DNA of 64,000 nucleotides from Candidatus Gastranaerophilales bacterium. GTDB lineage: Bacteria; Cyanobacteriota; Vampirovibrionia; Gastranaerophilales; Gastranaerophilaceae. How positions within the stretch are numbered: the stretch's first letter is position 1; every line of letters begins with the position of its first letter. Location of the stretch: assembly GCA_944325525.1 (NCBI GenBank), contig CALVAK010000009.1:23574-87573 (forward strand), read 5' to 3'. Positions 34,909 through 45,260 of this stretch are shown in pieces. Made by a program: the position numbers and the translations under genes. The notes beneath the pieces were generated by a model that saw nothing but the letters and a program-made list of their open reading frames with translations, did no database searches and had not been told where the DNA came from.

Positions 34909-36579
34909 ATGTTTGAGGAAAAAACAAATAATACTTTTGAATCTGTGCAGAATTTTGACTATAATTCTGCTGCTCAAATATATCTTGAAGAAGCACGTCA
35001 ACACCATGAACAATATCTACTAAAAGGAACAAGATTAGATTTAGATAAAGCTGTTGACGGATATATTGATGCAATAAAATATAACCCTAATATAGCAGAA
35101 GCATACTACAGACTTGCAACATTGCTCTGGGATAAAGGAGAAATAAACCTTTCTTCCGCAATTGAACAATGCTTATCAGCAGTCAATATTTCACCTTTAA
35201 ATCCAAATGCAAGAATTTATGCCGGATTCTTTCTTGAAATGGCAAAACAATATGATGAAGCAGAAAGAGAATTTAAAGAAGCTATAAGATTAAATCCCTT
35301 AAAATCAGCACGTTCAAGACTTTCTCTGGCTTCTTTATACATAGATAAAATGCACGATACCAGAATAAATATAAAAGATTTTTCTCAATCTATATACTAT
35401 ATGCTTTCAGGTGGATTAAGTATTCCGCTTGACCACACATCAGTTAAAATGCTTTATAAAAATATAAGTAAAAATCTATCTATACTTTTCTATGATTTCG
35501 TTGGAAATATATTTGAAAAAACAAAAAATTATACTGTTGCTTTAAAAGCTTATGACATGGCTGCAAATACAACAGGAAGAAAAGAAATTTATTATAGAAA
35601 AATAGGCGATATAAACATAAAAGAAGAAGAAGTTAATTCAGCAAGAGACTCTTATATAAAGGCTCTTGAAGCTAATCCATACGATAAGGAACTTCTCCTT
35701 AAAGTTGCAACATTAACTCAAATCTATTTTGAAGATGATATTGAAACAGCTATAGATTGTTATTCCAAACTTCTTGAAGTCGAAGAAGATAGTGCAAATA
35801 TATATTACGAATTAGGTCATTTATATTTAAAAAAAGAAGATTTTATTAATTCAATAAATGCATTTAATCTTGCTCTTGAGAAAGATGAAGAAAATCCTTT
35901 TTATCACAATGCAATAGCATATGCACTTATAAGAGCAGAACAATATGAAGAAGCTTGTGATCACTACAAAATAGCAATAAATAAAAATCCAAATCCTGAA
36001 TGGACAGCAATAGTCTGCCAGGCTCTTGCTTCTTTATATCATAAAGTTTTTGATGATATTGACTCTGCTATGACATTCTTAAAAACAGCTATAATCCTAG
36101 ATGAAAATAATGATGAAGCGTTTATTGAACTTGGCGACATCTATCTTGAATGCGATGATCTTGACAGTGCAATCAAATCATATTGTGAAGCTATTAAATT
36201 AAATCCTAAAAACCCTGTTTCATACAATAAATGTGCAATGGTTCTATGGCAGAAAGATTATATAGAAGAGGCTATTATTGCATATAACAAGTCTATCGGA
36301 ATAGATCCTGACTATTATGTTGCATATAACAACCTGGGAGTTATATACCTTGATGGAATAAGGAATCTTAAAGAAGCAAAACGTTTATTTGAAAAAGCAA
36401 TAGAATTAAACGAAAACTACGTAATGCCTCATTTTAACCTCGCAAGAGTTTACGAACAAATGAACGATAATATAGAAGCTGCAAAAATGTATCAAAAAGC
36501 AATTGACCTTAATGAATACAGCAATGAACTTGATTCTGAAGAAATAAGACAAAGATTATATTCTCTTTTTGAAGTATAA
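34909..36579 (+). CDS. tetratricopeptide repeat protein
   Basis: Many 34-aa TPR-like units (AEAYYRLATLLWDKGE, YYELGHLYLKKEDFINSINAFNLALEKD, AYNNLGVIYLD). Confidence 0.8.
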   Translation: MFEEKTNNTFESVQNFDYNSAAQIYLEEARQHHEQYLLKGTRLDLDKAVDGYIDAIKYNPNIAEAYYRLATLLWDKGEINLSSAIEQCLSAVNISPLNPNARIYAGFFLEMAKQYDEAEREFKEAIRLNPLKSARSRLSLASLYIDKMHDTRINIKDFSQSIYYMLSGGLSIPLDHTSVKMLYKNISKNLSILFYDFVGNIFEKTKNYTVALKAYDMAANTTGRKEIYYRKIGDINIKEEEVNSARDSYIKALEANPYDKELLLKVATLTQIYFEDDIETAIDCYSKLLEVEEDSANIYYELGHLYLKKEDFINSINAFNLALEKDEENPFYHNAIAYALIRAEQYEEACDHYKIAINKNPNPEWTAIVCQALASLYHKVFDDIDSAMTFLKTAIILDENNDEAFIELGDIYLECDDLDSAIKSYCEAIKLNPKNPVSYNKCAMVLWQKDYIEEAIIAYNKSIGIDPDYYVAYNNLGVIYLDGIRNLKEAKRLFEKAIELNENYVMPHFNLARVYEQMNDNIEAAKMYQKAIDLNEYSNELDSEEIRQRLYSLFEV

Positions 36580-36597
36580 AAAACAATGCAAACTTTT

Positions 36598-37254
36598 TTA
36601 ATAATCGTAATGCTCTTTTTTATTGAGGTATTCTCTTACCGTATTTAAAGAAGCCTGAATAATTCTTGTAATTCTTGAAGAAGAAAGCCCTATTTGTTCT
36701 GCGATTTCCTTCACCTGCATATTTCTATAAAATCTGTATTCTATAATAGTTCTTTCTTTTTGAGGAAGTTTAGCTATTGCTTCTCGTATAACTCTTCCCA
36801 GTTCGGAAATTTCTGCTTTTTCATCAGGAAGAGCAGCCGGATCTTTTATAAAGTCAAACGGAGAATCATTATCAGAAGCAGCTGCGGCAAGACTATCAAT
36901 TGACAATATAGTCTCATAAATTGCTTCTCTTACTTTTCCGGGTGTAATTGTATTATCACTACCATCTTCCCCTGTATCACTCTCATTAGAATCAACATTT
37001 GTATGTTTAAGCGAATACCATTTATATCTGTTTCTTAATTCATTTCTAATAGCCCATCTGACTGCTGTAGCAATATAAGCATTATTATACCTTGCAAGTT
37101 GTTCTTCCGTTTTATCCTTTATCAACACTTGTATAGCTATAATACCTATGCTCACAAGTTCATCATAATCAACCATGTGAGACGGAATACGCTTATGTTC
37201 TACCCTTGCTACCTTTTCGATTATATCAATGTAATCTTTTATTTTTGTATGCAT
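36598..37254 (-). CDS. fliA: RNA polymerase sigma factor, FliA/sigma-28-like
   Basis: Region 2 (DELVSIGIIAIQ ... YIATAVRWAIRNELR) and region 4 helix-turn-helix (ERTIIEYRFYRNMQVKEIAEQIGLSSSRITRIIQ). It lies directly downstream of flhB. Confidence 0.65.
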   Translation of the reverse strand: MHTKIKDYIDIIEKVARVEHKRIPSHMVDYDELVSIGIIAIQVLIKDKTEEQLARYNNAYIATAVRWAIRNELRNRYKWYSLKHTNVDSNESDTGEDGSDNTITPGKVREAIYETILSIDSLAAAASDNDSPFDFIKDPAALPDEKAEISELGRVIREAIAKLPQKERTIIEYRFYRNMQVKEIAEQIGLSSSRITRIIQASLNTVREYLNKKEHYDY

Positions 37255-37257
37255 ATT

Positions 37258-38352
37258 TTATAATCTGTTGTCTTTTACTTCTATATTACTACCTTTTTGA
37301 GTATTTCGCAAATTGTATACAAAAATCAAAATTTCAGCCACTGCTTTATACAATTCCGGCGGAATCGTGGAATTAATTTCAACCATACGAAAAATAGCTC
37401 TTGCCACAGGCGGATTTTCTATAACCGGAATAGAATGCTGTCTTGCTATTTCAATTATCTTTTTTGCAAATAACTCGGTACCCTTAGCAAGCAGCTTGGG
37501 TGACTCCATTTCTTTTGCATCATATTTTAATGCACAGGCAATATGAGTAGGATTTGAAACAACGAAATCAGCATCTGGAACAGAATCCATCATCTTCTTT
37601 TGAAGCATTTGTTGTCTTCTCTGGCGTAAAGCAGCTTTTACGTGAGGATCACCTTCAGAGTTTTTATATTCATCCTTTACTTCTTTAAAAGACATCTTTT
37701 GATCCTGCAAAAATTTCCACCTTACCATCCCGTAATCAGCAGCAGCAATTATCAAAAAAGCTATTCCCGCTTTTATTACGAAATCTATTACTAATGCTCC
37801 GAATTCATTTAATATTGCAAAACTGTTATCAATAGCCGCAAGTGCCATTATTGCTTCTAAATGGTCATTATATACCATCCAGCCTATAACTCCTAAAAGA
37901 GCAACTTTAACTATGTTTTTAACAAGCTCAAATAAAGTTTTAGGCGAAATTAAGTTTTTAAAATATTTTGACGGGTTTAATTTATCTAACCTTGGTTCTA
38001 AAGGTTTTGTTGTAATAAGAGGTCCTACTTGTATAAAGTCACCTAATATTGCAATAAAAGCAGCTGCAAGTAATATCGGACCTATAATAAGCAATGCGGG
38101 AATGCACATTGCTGCGGCAAGATGAGCATACCCTATCTCATCAAGATGTTTATCAGGAATTTTATCATACAGATATACAAACAACTGAGATATTTGATCC
38201 CATATAAACGGCGATAATTTAAGTATTAGAATAAACATTACAAGCAGAGCAAGAGCTGTTGAAAAATCTTTTGATTTTACAACCTGTCCTTCTTTTCTTG
38301 CTTTTTGCAATTTTTGCTGGCTCGCTTCAAATTGCTTATTCTCATCACCCAC
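37258..38352 (-). CDS. flhB: flagellar biosynthesis protein FlhB
   Basis: N-terminal EASQQKLQKARKEGQV, four TM segments, and the NPTH autocleavage site (VVSNPTHIA). Confidence 0.88.
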   Translation of the reverse strand: MGDENKQFEASQQKLQKARKEGQVVKSKDFSTALALLVMFILILKLSPFIWDQISQLFVYLYDKIPDKHLDEIGYAHLAAAMCIPALLIIGPILLAAAFIAILGDFIQVGPLITTKPLEPRLDKLNPSKYFKNLISPKTLFELVKNIVKVALLGVIGWMVYNDHLEAIMALAAIDNSFAILNEFGALVIDFVIKAGIAFLIIAAADYGMVRWKFLQDQKMSFKEVKDEYKNSEGDPHVKAALRQRRQQMLQKKMMDSVPDADFVVSNPTHIACALKYDAKEMESPKLLAKGTELFAKKIIEIARQHSIPVIENPPVARAIFRMVEINSTIPPELYKAVAEILIFVYNLRNTQKGSNIEVKDNRL

Positions 38353-38367
38353 TGCTTAATCCTTATT

Positions 38368-38895
38368 TTAATATGTAACCATTGAAACAACATCAATATC
38401 AGAAGGAAGATTTTTTCTCCCATTTAAATCAATAAGTTCAATTATAAATGCAGCAGCAACAACATTAGCTCCAGCTTTCTTTAATAGTTTACAAGCGGCA
38501 CTAACAGTTCCTCCGGTCGCAAGAAGATCGTCTATAATTACAACATTTTTACCTTCTTCTATTGCATCTTTATGTATTTCAAGTTTATCCGTTCCGTATT
38601 CCAAAGTATACTCTTCTGAAATAGTCTCGGCCGGAAGTTTGCCAGGCTTTCGTATTAATATACACCCCGCATTTATATTATATGCCAGTGCCGAACCAAA
38701 GATGAAACCTCTTGATTCAACTACTGCAACATAATCTATCCCTTTATTTTGAAATTTTTCCGTTAAAAAATCTACCATTGCTTTTAATGCATTCTTATCT
38801 TTTATTGCAGTTGTTATATCTCTAAATATTATTCCCTTAATCGGAAAATCTTTTATATTTCTTATTTTTTCTTTTACGAGCTGTATATTATCCAT
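38368..38895 (-). CDS. apt: adenine phosphoribosyltransferase
   Basis: PRPP-binding motif VVIIDDLLATGGT. The family-typical FPIKGIIFRDIT is present. Size 175 aa. Confidence 0.9.
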   Translation of the reverse strand: MDNIQLVKEKIRNIKDFPIKGIIFRDITTAIKDKNALKAMVDFLTEKFQNKGIDYVAVVESRGFIFGSALAYNINAGCILIRKPGKLPAETISEEYTLEYGTDKLEIHKDAIEEGKNVVIIDDLLATGGTVSAACKLLKKAGANVVAAAFIIELIDLNGRKNLPSDIDVVSMVTY

Positions 38896-38937
38896 CTCTT
38901 TCTCCTTCGTAATTCCTCTTATATTATTTTATATTAC

Positions 38938-39507
38938 TTATTTTTGTATTTTTTCAATCATTTTCTTCAACATTTTTACCGGCAATCCTACAATATTATT
39001 ATAATCACCTTTTATTTCTTTTATAAAACATTCCGGTAGTTCCTGTATCCCGTAAGAACCAGCTTTATCAAATGGTTTATATTTTTTTATATACCTGTGA
39101 ATTTCTTCATCACTAACCTTGCAAAAAGTTACTTCACTTGTTCCATTTTCTATAAGCTTCTTACCTGAGAGCGTATCAATAATACAAACCGAAGTTACAA
39201 CCTTATGAGTTTGACCATTCAGTTCTTTCAGCATTTTATATGCGTTTTCATAATTCTTAGGTTTGCCGAGTATTCTGTCATTATGGATAACAACAGTATC
39301 TGCACTTATAATAATTGCAGGTGATTTTACTTTTTGTACAATAGAATAGCCTTTTTTTTCGGCTGTCATTTCAACTAACTTATAACTGAATTCTTTATCT
39401 GATATATTCTCATCATAATCCGGCAGCTCAACAACAAAATGTATACCTGCTTTTTTCAGCAGTTCTCTTCTCCTGGGTGAAGCAGATGCCAGTATTATTT
39501 TTTTCAT
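38938..39507 (-). CDS. maf: Maf-like nucleoside triphosphate pyrophosphatase
   Basis: ILASASPRRRELL N-terminus and the AGSYGIQ motif. Confidence 0.88.
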   Translation of the reverse strand: MKKIILASASPRRRELLKKAGIHFVVELPDYDENISDKEFSYKLVEMTAEKKGYSIVQKVKSPAIIISADTVVIHNDRILGKPKNYENAYKMLKELNGQTHKVVTSVCIIDTLSGKKLIENGTSEVTFCKVSDEEIHRYIKKYKPFDKAGSYGIQELPECFIKEIKGDYNNIVGLPVKMLKKMIEKIQK

Positions 39508-39606
39508 GTATATTCCAATATAAAATAATTAACCTTTAATTATATTTTAATTAAAAGTTAATTATTTTGAAAAAATTAAATTATTTTGATTTCAGTTTGT
39601 TTACAA

Positions 39607-39861
39607 TTATCTTTTTCTTAATTTCGGCGGATTAAAGTTTAATTTCAAATATACAACCGATTTTGATGTCACATCTGAACATATATTTTTTAATTTTGCA
39701 TTCATATCAATCATACTTCTTTGCATCATAGCATAATCATTCATAGCTGCTAACATCTTTTGAGAATCAACTAGTTTTGTTGTTTCGGGGTTGTCCATTT
39801 TTAATTTTGCATATTTCCTAACCAATTCTTTGTCTATTTTATCCTTTGCCCCAACTGCCAT
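39607..39861 (-). CDS. hypothetical protein
   Basis: 84-aa ORF with no motif recognised. Confidence 0.3.
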   Translation of the reverse strand: MAVGAKDKIDKELVRKYAKLKMDNPETTKLVDSQKMLAAMNDYAMMQRSMIDMNAKLKNICSDVTSKSVVYLKLNFNPPKLRKR

Positions 39862-40049
39862 ATTTTATAATCCCCTGTGATAATCTATTCCTCTTGTATA
39901 TATAAAAATTTTTTTTTGGCTAAAATTGCTTTTTATTTTTTTATATATAAACTTTTGTTAAGCTAGCAAAAAGAGACTAAAAAGCTTGTCATTGTTGTAT
40001 TTTATAGTCTTTTACATCAACAATAAGGCAAAATAATGTTAAGAAATGT

Positions 40050-41171
40050 TTAGAAACCGATTAAACTAGGCAATTCTGTAAAATCCATATTTAATGATTT
40101 TGCTACACCCTTGTTAGTGAGTTTTCCCTTAAAAGTATTTATCCCTTTAGCAAGCGAAGAATCCTTCTTTATTGCATCTATAAGTCCATTATTTGCGATT
40201 TCAATAAGATATCTTAATGTTTCATTTGTCAGAGCAATTGTAGAAGTTCTTGCTACAGAACCGGGAATATTTGTTACACTGTAATGGATTACACCGTATT
40301 TTTCAAAAGCAGGGTTATCAATAGTTGTTATTCTATCAATAGTTTCAACTATTCCACCTTGGTCGATAGAAACATCAACTATGACAGAACCTTTTTTCAT
40401 ATTTTTGACCATTTCTTCAGTTATAATACAAGGCGCCTTATATCCCGGAATCAAAACAGCTCCTATTAACACATCCGTTTCTTTTGTTAATTTTTTCAAT
40501 GTTTCTTCATTAGACAAATATGTCTTAATTTTTGAACCGAATAAATTATCAATATATCTTAGTCTGTCAGTACTTATATCAGTAATGCTTACATTTGCCC
40601 CCATACCGACCGCAATTTTTGCAGCATTAACACCAACATGCCCTCCACCAACAATCAAAACCTTTCCGGCAGGCACTCCGGCTATTCCGCCCAGTAATAT
40701 ACCTGCACCTTTATTTCTGTTTTCAAGTAAATTAGCAGCTATTTGTACAGACATTTTCCCTGCCACTTCACTCATTGGAATTAATAAAGGCAGCCTTCCA
40801 TCCGGCATTTGTATTGTTTCATACGCAATTGCTGTAAGTTTTTTATTTAATAGTTCTCTAGTTAATGTTTTTTCAATAGCAAGATGTAAATAAGTAAAAA
40901 GTATATGATTTTTCTTTAAATATTTATACTCTGAAGGCTGCGGTTCTTTAACTTTAACTAACAGCTCAGCTTGATTATAAACATCCTCAGAACTTTCTGC
41001 AATTACTGCACCTGCTTGTTTATAATCTTCATCATAAAAACCGCTGCCTTCACCTGCCTTTTTTTCAACAATAACTTTATGGTTATACTTAATAAGGCTG
41101 TTAACTCCTTCAGGAGTAATAGCAACCCTATCTTCTTTAATTTTTATTTCTTTTGGAATACCAATTATCAT
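40050..41171 (-). CDS. ald: alanine dehydrogenase
   Basis: MIIGIPKEIKIKEDRVAITPEGV N-terminus and the NAD-binding VLIVGGGHVGVNAAKIAVGMGA. Confidence 0.9.
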   Translation of the reverse strand: MIIGIPKEIKIKEDRVAITPEGVNSLIKYNHKVIVEKKAGEGSGFYDEDYKQAGAVIAESSEDVYNQAELLVKVKEPQPSEYKYLKKNHILFTYLHLAIEKTLTRELLNKKLTAIAYETIQMPDGRLPLLIPMSEVAGKMSVQIAANLLENRNKGAGILLGGIAGVPAGKVLIVGGGHVGVNAAKIAVGMGANVSITDISTDRLRYIDNLFGSKIKTYLSNEETLKKLTKETDVLIGAVLIPGYKAPCIITEEMVKNMKKGSVIVDVSIDQGGIVETIDRITTIDNPAFEKYGVIHYSVTNIPGSVARTSTIALTNETLRYLIEIANNGLIDAIKKDSSLAKGINTFKGKLTNKGVAKSLNMDFTELPSLIGF

Positions 41172-41174
41172 AAT

Positions 41175-41933
41175 TTACTCTTTTTCTTTTAATGCTATAG
41201 CCTCTTCTATTTCTGTTATTATAAGTTTTGCAGCTGCTACAGGATCATGTGCCATTGTTATGGGTCTTCCGATTACCATATAATCTGCCCCCGCTTTTAT
41301 TGCATCAGATGGTGAAACTATTCGTATCTGATCGTTAACTATTGCCCATGTAGGACGAACAGCCGGACAAACAACTATAAAATCTTCACCGAGTTCTTTT
41401 TTTATCTGTCCAGCATCCGTATCAGGAGCAACAACCCCTGCCAGACCTGCTTCTTTTGCAATTTTTGCAAGCTTTAGCACGTATGTTGATATATTCATAT
41501 CAACACATAATTCATTTGTAAGCGTTTTTTGTCCAAAACTGGAAAGAAGAGTAACCGCAAGTATAACCGGAGGTTCAATATCATTCCTTTTTGCATAACT
41601 ATTGCAAGCATTCAGCGTATTTATCATCATTTTTGAACCGCCTGTTGCACTTATATTAAAAAAGTCTATACCTCTCTTTAAAAGGTTTAAACTTGTTTGA
41701 GCAATTGTGTTTGGTATATCTTGAAACTTACCGTCAAAATAAACTTTTCCACCGTGCTCTTTTATTACTTCAGCCGCTTTAAACCCGCAAGCTGTAAATA
41801 ATTGAAGTCCTACTTTAAAATAACCCACATAATCTTTGAGTAAATCAACATATTTTATAACTTCTTCAATAGAATCAACATCAAGAGCTAGGATTATTCT
41901 GTCTTTTGCTTGTTTTGGTTTTACTATTTCCAT
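41175..41933 (-). CDS. pyrF: orotidine 5'-phosphate decarboxylase
   Basis: DRIILALDV, FKVGLQLF, DGKFQDIPNT and the GRPI motif. The probable start is MEIVKPK at 41933; the listed ORF extends to 41975. Confidence 0.85.
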   Translation of the reverse strand: MEIVKPKQAKDRIILALDVDSIEEVIKYVDLLKDYVGYFKVGLQLFTACGFKAAEVIKEHGGKVYFDGKFQDIPNTIAQTSLNLLKRGIDFFNISATGGSKMMINTLNACNSYAKRNDIEPPVILAVTLLSSFGQKTLTNELCVDMNISTYVLKLAKIAKEAGLAGVVAPDTDAGQIKKELGEDFIVVCPAVRPTWAIVNDQIRIVSPSDAIKAGADYMVIGRPITMAHDPVAAAKLIITEIEEAIALKEKE

Positions 41934-42045
41934 TTTGTTTTTCTCAAAATCCGAACAATGCAAATATATTATCACTATAAAAATTATGAATCAATACTTT
42001 ATATCTTTTTGTATTGATTCATAACTTTTTTAATATTATTACAGC

Positions 42046-42444
42046 CTACTCTGAAACAGCTATCCCTGTTTGAATAAACTCTTCCTGGGCAAGTAAAGCT
42101 TTAATATATGCTTCTGAAGGATCTAAGCCTTCTTTTAAAAATGAATTATATAATATATCAAAAATTTTGTCGCTACTGTCTAAAACGATAGGTTTTCTTC
42201 TCATTAGTTCAACAGCTTCATCAACACTTCTTGACACATCACCGTGCTTTATATTTTTTACCTGAGAACGTCCTAATACTCCTGTATCCGGCACATAATT
42301 TACAGCACCTGCTTCTTTATTTTTATCAAATTCTCTATCTTTTATAACTTCAGGCTCTTTTCCTCTTATTTCTATTTTTTCTCTGTTTATACCATAGCCT
42401 GATATATTATTATTTATTTCAGCCATTTTTATCTCCGTGTTCAT
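42046..42444 (-). CDS. hypothetical protein
   Basis: 132-aa ORF with no motif recognised. Confidence 0.35.
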   Translation of the reverse strand: MNTEIKMAEINNNISGYGINREKIEIRGKEPEVIKDREFDKNKEAGAVNYVPDTGVLGRSQVKNIKHGDVSRSVDEAVELMRRKPIVLDSSDKIFDILYNSFLKEGLDPSEAYIKALLAQEEFIQTGIAVSE

Positions 42445-42721
42445 TTCGCAATATATTTTAAAACCTGTTACAAAAAATTTTTGCTAGTCTTTTTATAAAT
42501 ATATACTATTTTTTTTATTTTTATAACTTGAATATGCTTGAAACTCAACTATATCAAGAAAAATTGGTTTAAATTTTTTCTTAATATTTCTTAATATTGT
42601 ATATATTATTTGCATAAACATTATTTATTATACACAAAAATATAATTTTTGATTAATTTTATTCAAATTGTCAGGTGTTTAAACGATTGAATTTATAAGG
42701 TTTTTAATTCACAATTAATAT

Positions 42722-43804
42722 ATGAAAAAGATATTTATTGTTTTAATAGTCTGCCTCTTTGCCTTGCCGGGTTTTGCTAAAACCCAGGAAAAGCTTGACG
42801 TAAAATCAGGAAGTTTTATAGATTTAGGCAGATATATTGAAACTTTAGAAATAAATGAAGAAGAAAATCAAGAAGAAAATGATGAAACAGAAACAAAAAA
42901 CTACGATGAAACATTTGAAGAAACTGCCATTATAGATGTTGCAAAAAGATATGAAGAAAATGCGATTGAGCTTAATTTGGATGACGTTAATGATAAAGCA
43001 TTAGATATAGTAAATAATACAGAAGTATTTAAACTTCAAATAAATGAAACACAATATAATATAGAAAAAAATATAAAAAATGAGAATATGATATGGGATG
43101 GTTCTAAAGCGTTTTCGCAAGCCTTTTTTTCAGATTCAAGACAGATGGCACCAATTCCCGGAGTTGTAAACTCACAATCAATAGATGCAAATATATCACC
43201 ATATTTAACTGCTTCTTTAGGTCAAACCTTTTTAAACAATTCATTAGGAACTTCTGTTTTGTTTGTAAGAACTAATGAATCGACATACAACACTGGTTCT
43301 GTAATATCATATAAAGGAGATATCCTTAATCTTGCTGTAGGGTCTTTTTCATCATCGTACAACAAAGCCTCATCCGGCGGTGCTATTTTAACGACTACTC
43401 CGTTTAAGCTTCCTAAGAACACCGGAAATTTCAGTATAGGAGGTGCATACTTTGCAAATGAAGCACAGGAAGACAATAAAACTACAAGCGGATTATTTGG
43501 TGAATACACATTTAAAAGATTAAAATTAAATGCACAAATCGGACAAAGCAAATATTCCAATTCTGTTAATTATGATACAAGTTTATACTTTGTACCGGAA
43601 TTGAGAATTTCAAATTCTTTATATTTAAAAACACGATTTATAAGAAATGTAACAAGAAGAACAATGCAAGATGAACTTGTTTTAACGTACAAACCATTAA
43701 ATAACAAACACAATCTTGAAATAGAATTAAATGCCTCAAATCAATATTCTGATACAACTTCCATTAAACAAAGGCTCAAGCTTTCAACAAAATTCAGCAT
43801 ATAG
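42722..43804 (+). CDS. hypothetical outer-membrane beta-barrel-like protein
   Basis: Signal peptide MKKIFIVLIVCLFALPGFA, an acidic linker, then alternating-hydrophobicity strands rich in Gly, Ser, Tyr and Asn through to the C-terminus. Confidence 0.45.
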   Translation: MKKIFIVLIVCLFALPGFAKTQEKLDVKSGSFIDLGRYIETLEINEEENQEENDETETKNYDETFEETAIIDVAKRYEENAIELNLDDVNDKALDIVNNTEVFKLQINETQYNIEKNIKNENMIWDGSKAFSQAFFSDSRQMAPIPGVVNSQSIDANISPYLTASLGQTFLNNSLGTSVLFVRTNESTYNTGSVISYKGDILNLAVGSFSSSYNKASSGGAILTTTPFKLPKNTGNFSIGGAYFANEAQEDNKTTSGLFGEYTFKRLKLNAQIGQSKYSNSVNYDTSLYFVPELRISNSLYLKTRFIRNVTRRTMQDELVLTYKPLNNKHNLEIELNASNQYSDTTSIKQRLKLSTKFSI

Positions 43805-43888
43805 ATATTAACATAACTTAACAAATATAAAAAAATAAGTAATTTTCAATACTAATTTTTTTTTAAATATGGGGATTAGGAGAATCAT

Positions 43889-45207
43889 ATGCCAATAAAT
43901 ATTGGTCATAATTTAGAAAGTACATACGAATATAGCAGATTAAATGCAGAAAAAGAAAATTTATCTGTAAACTCACCTACAGACAATATTTTTATGGATT
44001 TTTATGATACACCTAAAGAATACAGTACAGATGTTTTTGAAAAAACAACATTTTCAGAGGACAATGAACAAATAACAGACAATAATACAATTAAAGAAAA
44101 TCCTGATAAAGAAAAAGATATAACTTCTTCACCGGAAGAAAATAATGATAAAGATTCTTCTGTACTAAAAAGTCCGACAAACAGTTCAACAGTTAACAAC
44201 TCATCATCAACTGGTGAATTTGAATCAGCAAGAAGTGCTTTGAAAAGTACAGAAAAAATGTAATAGAAAATGCTATTCAACAAATGTCTGAAATAGAAGC
44301 GGATCCAGACTCATCTATACTTGTAAAAACTGCAAGTCTTGCAATGCAGCAGAGTGAAACCACATTAAAAACTGCTGAAGAAGGGCTTGAAAGAGCAAAA
44401 GAAAATGAAAAATCCGCTCAAGAAGTACAAGAAACCGCTCAGAAAGAAGTTGAAGAAGCACAAGAAAACGAATCAGCAAAAGAAGAAAAAGTAAAAAGTC
44501 AAGAAGATGTTGTTTCAGAAAAAGAAAACAATTTGCAAAATGCAAAACAGAAGGTTACTGAGGCACAAACTTCTGTTTCAACAGCACAAGCATCTGTAGC
44601 TGCAGCATCTGCAGCACTTCCTTTTTCTGCTCCTGCTTTAGCAGCCGCACAAGCGGAATTAGCGGCAGCACAAGCAGAGTTAATGCAGGCTCAAGCAAAT
44701 CTTGCACAGGCCGAAGCTGAAGAACTACAAGCAGAACAAGAACTTAATGAAGCAAAAAGACAATTAGAAGAAGATAAAAATGCTTTAAATGAAGCATAAC
44801 AAAAATTACAAGAAAAAGAGCAAAATCTTGACATTGCAAACCAAAGTTTAGAACAGGCGAAACAAGCTGTTTTAGATGCTGATATTGAACTAAATACAGC
44901 AAAAACTGATTTTAATGAAAAAAAAGAAAATTATGAGAATACTAAACAATACATACAAAAAATGGCTGCTTCATTAAGAAAAGAACTTGAAAAAAGGCTA
45001 AAAGAATTAGATAAAGGAGAAAACAATGCTACAACTCATAATGCAGAAGGAATACTCGCTTTATCAGGAAATAACAATTTTAATAATATGAATATGACAA
45101 ACTTAATACAAAATGCAATAATGCCAGAAAAAAACGAACAAGATAATTTTTCTCTAAATACTTCTAACAAAAACTATACGGAAAAATTTAATTTATTTAC
45201 GTTATAA
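43889..45207 (+). pseudogene. fragmented Ser/Asn-rich plus Ala/Gln/Glu coiled-coil protein gene (one frameshift at an A6 tract, one in-frame TAA)
   Basis: Only the first fragment has an RBS (AGGAG). Fragments 44284..44799 and 44962..45207 are in the same frame, and the interval between them is stop-free except for the TAA at 44797-44799. The frame of fragment 2 is open from 44224 and overlaps the end of fragment 1. Confidence 0.55.
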
Positions 45208-45222
45208 ATAAAATCAATAAAA

Positions 45223-45253
45223 AAAGAGAGGTTTTAAATAACCTCTCTTTTTT
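45223..45253. terminator. bidirectional terminator between the coiled-coil gene and tpiA
   Basis: 10-bp perfect stem AAAGAGAGGT / ACCTCTCTTT with loop TTTAAATA, flanked by an A-run and a T-run. Confidence 0.75.
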
Positions 45254-45260
45254 ATGAAGC

